Assembly (NCBI GenBank): GCA_964016885.1
Contig: OZ024754.1
Coordinates: forward strand, 14,260,001 to 14,324,000
Length of the DNA: 64,000 nt
DNA from: Eledone cirrhosa
Lineage: Eukaryota
Direction: 5' to 3'
Every line of letters begins with the position of its first letter. The first letter of the stretch is position 1. This document shows positions 55,676 through 64,000 of the stretch, one piece after another. The translations under genes and the position numbers were made by a program. The notes beneath the pieces were generated by a model. It ran no database searches. It was not told where the DNA came from and saw nothing but the letters and a program-made list of their open reading frames with translations.

Positions 55676-56358
55676 AGAAGAAGAAGAAAAAGAAGAAGAA
55701 AAAGAAAAAGAAAAAGAAAAAGAAAAAGAAAAAGAAAAAGAAATAGAAGAAGAAGAAGAAGAAGAAGGGCTGAATACGGTAAATTTCTTCCAGAGAAAGA
55801 TAGAGAGAGTGAGTGAATGGAAGTGGGAAAGAGATATAAAGGAAGAATCTGCCCTGTCAAATGGGACCAAGAAAACAATGTTCCCATCGGTCTGTCCCTT
55901 GTTGGTACCATCAACCGGTCGCAACTCCTGGCCCAAGGACATAACGCGTCACTTGGTCTAGGAATCGAACTCACAACCTCACGGTTGCAAGAATGTAAAG
56001 AGCCATAATACATACATACCACAATGGCATTTTATACACATATGAAAATATTAAAAACGAAAAGACGAAGAAGGTAATATAAGAAGAAGTGGTAGGAGGA
56101 GGATATAGAAGAAGGAAGGAGGGAGAAGTTAGAAGAAAGAAGGAGAATTGGGGGGGGGGGGGGGGGGGGGAAGAGAGGAAGAAGGAGGAAGAAATAGAAA
56201 GGTATAAAGCTAAAAGTAAAAGGTATCATTAAGAAGTAATCATATAAGATTTCATTAGTTTAGACAGTAGACAGAAAGTAAGTTGTTGGTTGTGTTTGGC
56301 TTAAAGGTATGTACATATATATATATGTACATATATATATATATATATATATATGTAC

Positions 56359-56452
<94 letters not shown>

Positions 56453-56484
56453 GTATATATATATGCACATGCACATACCATATG

Positions 56485-56522
<38 letters not shown>

Positions 56523-56704
56523 ACTAAACCGGCAACCCCACTAAGTTTACTTGGTGACGAGGGTGATTTTGGACACCCTGCAGGACAAAAAATAAAACCT
56601 GACAAAGGGCGGAAGAGCTCATAAGAGTCAACGGCCATCCAAAAATGTGTAAATATGTATATACACATGTACATATGTATGTGTATGTATATGCGTGTGT
56701 ATAT

Positions 56705-57445
56705 GCCTGGGGTGTCAGGGAGGGGCATGTACCTCTGTAGGGAGAGCTAGCCGTGCCCTTTTCAGGACAGCTCGTCCTGCATTGGGTCCCACCTGGCACT
56801 CTGCTCTCACCTGTGGCCCCAAGAAGCTGTAGCATGCAACAGCGGCCACATCCCGGTAAACCGCATTGGCTGGCGGGCCGAACTAGGTTGAGGGTAGCCG
56901 GACGAGTCTGACCCCCCCCCCCCCCCCCCCCGGGTGAGTTAGATAGGGGATGCCTGCCCCTGTATGCGAAGACTGGACCCGGCGGACTGAGTGGAGGAGG
57001 ACAACATCGCCCCAACGGTCACGAAGGCGGCGACAACAAGCGGTGTGGAGCGCTAGGGCACGGCAAGGCACTACAGACGTCGTGGCCATCCACTGCAACC
57101 AAGGAAGTCCCTGGTCGAGATGGTCCTCCGTACCACCGGATTCTGGCTTCTGTGGCCGAGTGAGTGGGACCGTCACTGTGCGCTGGCCCTCCCACTATAA
57201 ACCTCTCCCGCACAGGTTTCTTCTTTAGCGTGCACTCCCAGTGCAAGTAACCTCTGGGCGAGAGGTGGAGGTAACCTCTGGGAGTTGCCAGTCTGACTCC
57301 GGTCTCTTCCCCTGCCCCCACTGTCCCCGGACCTGCAAGTCAAGGATCGGCCTCCACAGCCATCTTCATGCCCATGGCAGACGGGAACTAAAATAAAGAA
57401 GATGTCATCATCGTTTACGATGGACAACCAAGAAGACGATTTATA
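56705..57445 (+). mobile_element. Probable RTE-type 5' UTR fragment starting with an HDV-like ribozyme candidate (56709-56892)
   Basis: P1 GGGGTGT/ACATCCC, P3 GGC/GCC, GG for P1.1, P4 CCGC/GCGG, J4/2 GCCGAA, P2 CTCACCTG/TAGGTTGAG. Confidence 0.55.
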
Positions 57446-57479
57446 TATGCAAGTATATATATATATATATATATATATT

Positions 57480-57568
<89 letters not shown>

Positions 57569-57570
57569 TG

Positions 57571-57620
57571 AGATTCTACAGGACTAGAACTGTTTCATTC
57601 TTTGAAATCATCAGGAATCT
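57571..57620 (-). ncRNA. Hammerhead ribozyme
   Basis: AGATTC-CTGATGA-TTTCAAAGAAT-GAAA-CAG-TTCTAGTC-CTG-TA-GAATCT. Confidence 0.8.
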
Positions 57621-57719
57621 GCTATGTATTGAGTACCTTACTTACTGTGGTTACCTCCGATTCAACCCGGAATAACTTATATATATATATATATATAACT
57701 TATATATATATATATATAA

Positions 57720-57775
<56 letters not shown>

Positions 57776-57828
57776 TTATTCCGAGTTGAATCAGAGGTAA
57801 CCACAGTAAGTAAGGTACTCAATACATA

Positions 57829-57958
<130 letters not shown>

Positions 57959-57995
57959 ATATACACGGGTGTGTATGATTGTGTATAGAAGATTA

Positions 57996-58497
57996 TATTA
58001 ATAAAAGGAATTCCAACTTTGTCTGATTTACTCGTTTTATTTACAATCCTTTAAAATTTATAATCGTATTATAATGAAATAGTATGGTAGAATATTAAAT
58101 GTTAAGTGTTAATTGAACAAGTACTGTGCAGTTGAAAATTGCAAACTTGACTGTCACCACACATTATGAACCTGAAGATTGCGAAAGCATGAAAGTACTT
58201 GTTCAATTAACACTTAACATTTAATTGTTTCTATATTAGGCACAAGGCCAGCAATTACTCAGTACATTACTGGTACTTTATTTTATCGAACCCGTAAAGA
58301 TGAAAGGCAAAGTTAACCTCGGCGGGATTTGAACTCAGATCATAAAGGGACGTAACTTTATGTTTCAAAGCATGGTGTCCGACTCTCTAACGTTACAATA
58401 TTCTACCATACTATTTCATTCTAATACCATTATAAATTTTAAAGGATTGTAAATAAAACGAGTAAATCAGACAAAGTTGGAATTCCTTTTATTAATA
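57996..58497 (+). mobile_element. Fold-back element with minimal hammerhead (58167-58205); right arm interrupted by an OK-like SINE (58225-58397, -)
   Basis: TGAAC-CTGAAGA-TTGCGAAAGCAT-GAAA-GTAC-TT-GTTCA. The left arm is the reverse complement and begins at AGTACT. Confidence 0.85.
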
Positions 58498-58705
58498 TAT
58501 ATATATATATTTATATATATATATATATATGTATATACATATATACATATATAAATATATATATACATGCATATATATATTATACACACACACACATATA
58601 TATATTGTTGTTGTAGACGGTATGCCGTTTGAGCACTCCATGCTCGAGCAGAGAATAACTGTAGATAGCGAGGAATCAGTGATGCATCAAAACACAATTT
58701 ATTAA

Positions 58706-58795
58706 CATATTACATATGTTTCTCCGACGATCAGCTCGAGGCAGGATCTGTTACAGATCGAACCTGACCCTGCATTCGCAAAGTCATCAGATATA
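58706..58795 (-). ncRNA. Hammerhead ribozyme with extended stem II
   Basis: TATAT-CTGATGA-..-GAAAC-ATAT-GTA-ATATG, with AATAAA just downstream. Confidence 0.7.
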
Positions 58796-59154
58796 ATATA
58801 TATATATAAAGTCTGCGGTGTCAGGACCGGGGAGACCTCGAATCAGGGAGAAGAAGCAGAGTGGCTATAGAGATAGGTAAAAACCCGACCACGCCGCCTA
58901 TCGGTTTCGGCTTGTATTCGGCAGGCTTTTTCAAGGTGTACACCCTTGACAAGTACAAGTTGAAACCACTAGGTGTCACGGTCGGGTTTTTACCTCGTTG
59001 GTGTCTCAGGTTATTGTCGTTCACTGAATCAGAGATCAGTGATCAGTTTCCAGGCCCCACCACTGGGAAGTCTACATCTTGGACCTCTGACTCCCTCAGT
59101 CTAGGAAAGTTAGATTGGGATGGTTTTAATAGTTTATAGTAGTTAGTATTTCTA

Positions 59155-59628
59155 TTAGTTTTATTGTAGTAATATCTCTGTTAGTTTTATTGTAGTAATA
59201 TCTCTGTTAGTTTTATTGTAGTAATATCTCTGTTAGTTTTATTGTAGTAATATCTCTGTTAGTTTTATTGTAGTAATATCTCTGTTAGTTTTATTGTAGT
59301 AATATCTCTGTTAGTTTTATTGTAGTAATATCTCTGTTAGTTTTATTGTAGTAATATCTCTGTTAGTTTTATTGTAGTAATATCTCTGTTAGTTTTATTG
59401 TAGTAATATCTCTGTTAGTTTTATTGTAGTAATATCTCTGTTAGTTTTATTGTAGTAATATCTCTGTTAGTTTTATTGTAGTAATATCTCTGTTAGTTTT
59501 ATTGTAGTAATATCTCTGTTAGTTTTATTGTAGTAATATCTCTGTTAGTTTTATTGTAGTAATATCTCTGTTAGTTTTATTGTAGTAATATCTCTGTTAG
59601 TTTTATTGTAGTAATATCTCTATTAGTA
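59155..59628. repeat. 26-bp tandem repeat TTAGTTTTATTGTAGTAATATCTCTG, about 18 copies
   Basis: Direct inspection. Confidence 0.95.
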
Positions 59629-60116
59629 TAATTCTTATCTCATAAAAGCTGAGATAAAATTACTTTTTTCCTCTAAAGACTGCTAAACAACATCACAAAA
59701 ATTAGTAACATAATTCTTTACATGAGCGTTCATTAAAAGCAGACTTAAAATTGATTGTTTAATAAAATGAATGCAAAAGACATTGAGAGGATAAGAAGTG
59801 TCCCGTTAGCCAACAAATGTTAACGTTGCTCCAACGTATTCTTGATCCATCATCCATTAAGATACATCAACTCTACAATCATTACAAATCTACAACATCA
59901 TGAAGAGTTAAGGGTTATGACATAATATTGTAGAGTTGATGTATTGGGCAGTCAAACCTGGTGGAACCCATCCCTTTCCATGTCTGAACACTGCAGATTT
60001 CTTCCAGAGAAAGAGCATCGTAGGAACACCGTCCTAATACATGGCGTCTTAAGCATTTTAAATTTGGGACGGAACGCATCCCTCTCCAAATCTGAACACA
60101 GCAGATTTTTCTGGAG

Positions 60117-60213
<97 letters not shown>

Positions 60214-60510
60214 CGACCTAAGTACGGGACTGGGACTGGTACTTTATTTATCGGCCTCGTTGGTACTTTATTTAAAGGCAAAGTTGACCTGAACAGAAAT
60301 TGAGCTCAGAGTGCAGAGAACCAGAACGAATACTATGAAGCTCATTCTGCCTGATATTCTGGCGACTCTGCCAATTCGCAGCTCTATATCGACTATACAT
60401 TAAAATATTCAAAAGTAAAACCTGTTTTTCACACTCGAAGGTAATCAACAGGTTCCACGACAACTCAATTAACATAAGTTGTTCAACTAACTAAACAGCT
60501 AATCTCTAAT

Positions 60511-60705
60511 CTAGGGCGGGTAAAATTCCCGAGATCCCTGGACGAGTTCTCTCCAGTGGTCTCTGTCCTTCATCATCACCGCCATGTCCCGCATCTCCCA
60601 GAGACCAGCGTCTGTCCTTAGGGCATCAATATATGTCACCCTCGGTCTTCCTCTTCTAGTGTGTGCGTGTAGGGGTTCTCGCAGGAACACCGTATGCGCC
60701 TTGCA
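60511..60705 (-). pseudogene. RTE-type LINE extreme 3' fragment
   Basis: RRGRPRVTYID...DRDHWRELV C-terminal motif. Confidence 0.65.
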
Positions 60706-63447
60706 CCGACTAAACTTATTCAATCATATCTAGCGTTAAACAAGTGTAACAATAACTTTCATTACATGAGATTCAGCGTAACCACTAGACTTGCTAGAAA
60801 TAGAAGTTGAATTCTCTTTCAAATTACATCCTACCGAATAGTTCATGTACTATTCGTTAATATGTGTTTTTATCAATTGTACATTAACAAATTACCAAGC
60901 ACTTGTTGTATTTGGGGACATTGACATTTTTGATCAGTCTACGATAATTTCCCGCTGCCTCCACACATGTTCTGTGAACATCTGAACATAAGAATATAAA
61001 CTTGGCATGTTCTATGACTTTTATTGTTGACGCTAATGGTGTGATGAGATGGATTATCGTTGTGTGGGTATTGTTATAATGTTATAGTAGGAGGAGAGAT
61101 AGAATGAGTGAGGGAGAGCGATTGAAGATATATATATATATATATAGAGAGAGAGAGTGAGAGAATAAGTTAGTGCGAGTGAGCGTGTTGTGATGGAGAG
61201 AAAAAGAGATTGAGAGGGTGAGTGAGAGAAAGAGGGAGATGTGTGAGCGAGGGCATTGTGTGTGAGAGAGAAAGAGAGCGATAGGGTGAGGTAGTGTGAG
61301 CGAGGGCATTGTGCGTGAGAGAGAAAGAGACGGAAAGGGGAGGCAATACTATGGTGGGGAAAAGAGTGATTTGGGTATTTGTAGTGTAGGGATCGAATCT
61401 TCTCATACACGAAAATTAATGAATGAGATTCGCTCTAATTTCCTTTCAAAATACCTCGATGAGCTCACTAAACGGTTTAACAAATCGGTAGAAAAGCTTG
61501 TTGAGGTGCCAGAGCTGGTTAAACTGGAATTTATAGCAGACAAGCTGTCTGATTCGATCAGAAAATGAACGTATGTGGAAATCATTATCTCTATTATAAT
61601 ACTCTTATGCCGTTCTACTCGGTGGAAATTTGCCAGAGTATAATATATTTTATGATATTTTCTTCATCTTGGCATCAGTTACATTTCTCTTGTATTTGTT
61701 CTTGTATAGGTTATTGTTCTTATACATCTTATTGTTGTTCTTGTTATTTTTGTTATTGTTGTTGTTGTTGTTATTGTTGTTGGTATGTACAGGTTATTGG
61801 CCTCCCCTCCCCTCTTCCTCCTTCTCTTTTCCTGTTTTATTATGTTAATTGTCTAATTTTTGTTACTTTGATATTACCCCCCCCCCAAAAAAAAAGTTAT
61901 CTTCCCTTGAAAACTATGAAACATCAGTTGGAGAAAGAGAAAATTCCCAGCGTTCAACTATAAAACAATACTAAATATCTTTATCTAGAACATTCTCAGT
62001 GTTGTGACGTATGTTACACCACAGACAGGAAGTGTCTATAGTAGCCATGCGCAGACTCGTTTACAGACATTGATGGTTACGTACTTATTCGTCTAAATTC
62101 ATTTGTGTACCCTAGTATTTAGCCATACTGATGTTTCCATTCTACTTTGTGAAGGCAGCGAATTAGTAGAGTCGTTAGAACGTCAGAAAGAATGTTTTGC
62201 GGTATTTGTTTCGGCTCTCTGAGCTCTGAGTTTAGTCGATAATTAGATTATTAGCCTCGGGCGGTGGATTGGTAGAATTTTTAGTGTCGGACGATACGTT
62301 ATATGTTCTAACTCTTTGAGTTATATGTTCTAACTCTTTGAGTTCTCACGTCAATGTACTCGATGACAAGGATGTCAAGCTATGCTGGCTCTTGTATCTC
62401 CCTTGGATAATATCATGTGAATGAAGTAGGAGTAGGAAGACTTGTATTCAAAAGAAACTGTTAGTCTTTTGTAGAAAAAACAACTTCTAGATTTGTGTAT
62501 AAAGGCACCTGCACGTCTTATGTAAAGGCAACTGCTAGTCAAGTCAACTGACATACTTATGTATAAAGGCAACTGCACGTCTTATGTAAAAGCAACTATT
62601 ATTCTTGATTATAAAGGCTAGTCAAGGTAACAGCGCTCCCATGAATCAAGATTCTTGTACAGATCTGCGCCTTGGAGAGAAACATTTGTCTGGAAAGAGG
62701 AGGGAGGAAACCACAAACCATGGATTGCTGTAGTAGCAAGCAGCAGAATATCAAATTATCGTCATACTGGAGATCAGATCTGAATATTTGTAACAAGGTA
62801 GACACCACTGAAGCTATCCATGAACCTCATGGAAGTGTTAAACCGCGTGTCAGATTAAGTTTGCAACAATCAATTCAACAGTCTATTGCGCAGGTGCTGT
62901 TGACCAAATTTCATTCACAAAATGCTAGCGTCAACATGAAGCTATGGTAAAAGAAATATGACGTTAGGAACGAAAATGAAATCATGCTATTGCAAAGCAA
63001 ACGTCTTAACCACATCTTTATGTCTGCACCGCTTCCCATCCTAAATGAAGTTTGTTATGCAATCGGCTTCTTCTATAAATAGAGTATCAGTATCTCAAGT
63101 AGGACATGGTACTCGACTCCAATGAGTGCCGATGGCGTTGAGTGTTATTCGATGTAATGTTTGTTCATTTTTTTTATGGTTTCTTTGAGCAAAGTATGTT
63201 AAACTGTGCACGATACTTTTTTTACACTGACAGAAAGAAAAGAGATTTTGTTCAAGCTGTCGAGTGTACGTAAACCTGGGAAATATGGACATAATTTGGC
63301 ATGAATCTCAATGCTATTAAAAACTATATTGGCATTCGAAATATTGTTAGAATTGCATGAATGAAACACTTAGCTATTTTAAAGTTTTATGAAATTTACA
63401 GTTGTTGCACCTGTTTCCAGTAAACGCGTTTATTATTTAGTGTTGCA

Positions 63448-64000
63448 AGGGAGGTGAATTGGCAGAATCGTTAGAGCATCGGCCAACTTGCTTTGTGGCA
63501 TACAATTACGGCTCTTTACGTTTTGAGTTCAAACCCAGCCGACATTAGCTTTGATTTTCATCCTTACAGGGTCGATAAATTAAGCACCAGTAATGCACTG
63601 GAGTCGATGTAATCGATTGCCTCTCCCCCAAAATTGCTGGCCTTGTGCCTAAAGTAGAAACAATTATTCTCCAGTGTTGGTAGAGCGTCGGACAACATGC
63701 TTTGTGGCATAGAGTTACGCGTCTTTACGTTCTGAGTTCAAATCACGCCGTGGTTAGCTTTGCCTTTCAACCATATGGGGTAGATAAAATAAAGTACCAG
63801 TAACGCACTGAGGTCAATTTAATCGTCTTTAATCTCCCCCGAAGCTGTTGACCTTGTGCCTAAATCAGAAACAATTATTATTATATGCGAGGTGGTGGAT
63901 TGGCAGTATCGGTAGAGGGTCGGATGCCATGCTTTGACACATGGAGTTACGGCCCTTGCCATTCTGAGTTCAAATCCCGCCGAGGTTAACTTTGCCTTTC
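63448..64000 (+). mobile_element. Three consecutive divergent OK-like SINEs (about 63448-63665, 63670-63880, 63890-end)
   Basis: A and B boxes and conserved body in each. Confidence 0.85.

Noticed and set aside
59155-59628. CRISPR-like interpretation of the 26-, 33- and 78-bp arrays
   Set aside because: No unique spacers, no cas genes, eukaryotic context.

Overview
Repeat-saturated, AT-rich eukaryotic DNA with no recognisable host gene. The abundant tRNA-derived SINE resembles the octopus OK/OR families, so the source is probably an octopod cephalopod (inferred from memory of those families, not searched). Most predicted ORFs are microsatellite artefacts. Real coding remnants: a near-complete Tx1/L1-clade LINE (38.6-44.3 kb) plus two relatives, all in (TCTA)n; two Penelope-like elements (PLEs) with GIY-YIG endonucleases; and CR1-like, RTE and Tc1/mariner fragments. 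The main hidden signal is self-cleaving RNA. I find type I hammerhead ribozyme (HHR) motifs in about ten unrelated small elements, mostly inserted in (TA)n tracts and usually as fold-back inversions that break within or next to the ribozyme. One is a 591-bp tandem retrozyme-like array with a U3-A8 variant core. There are also HDV-like ribozyme candidates at the 5' ends of RTE-related elements and a head-to-tail SINE array. All structures were folded by eye; none was computed or tested.
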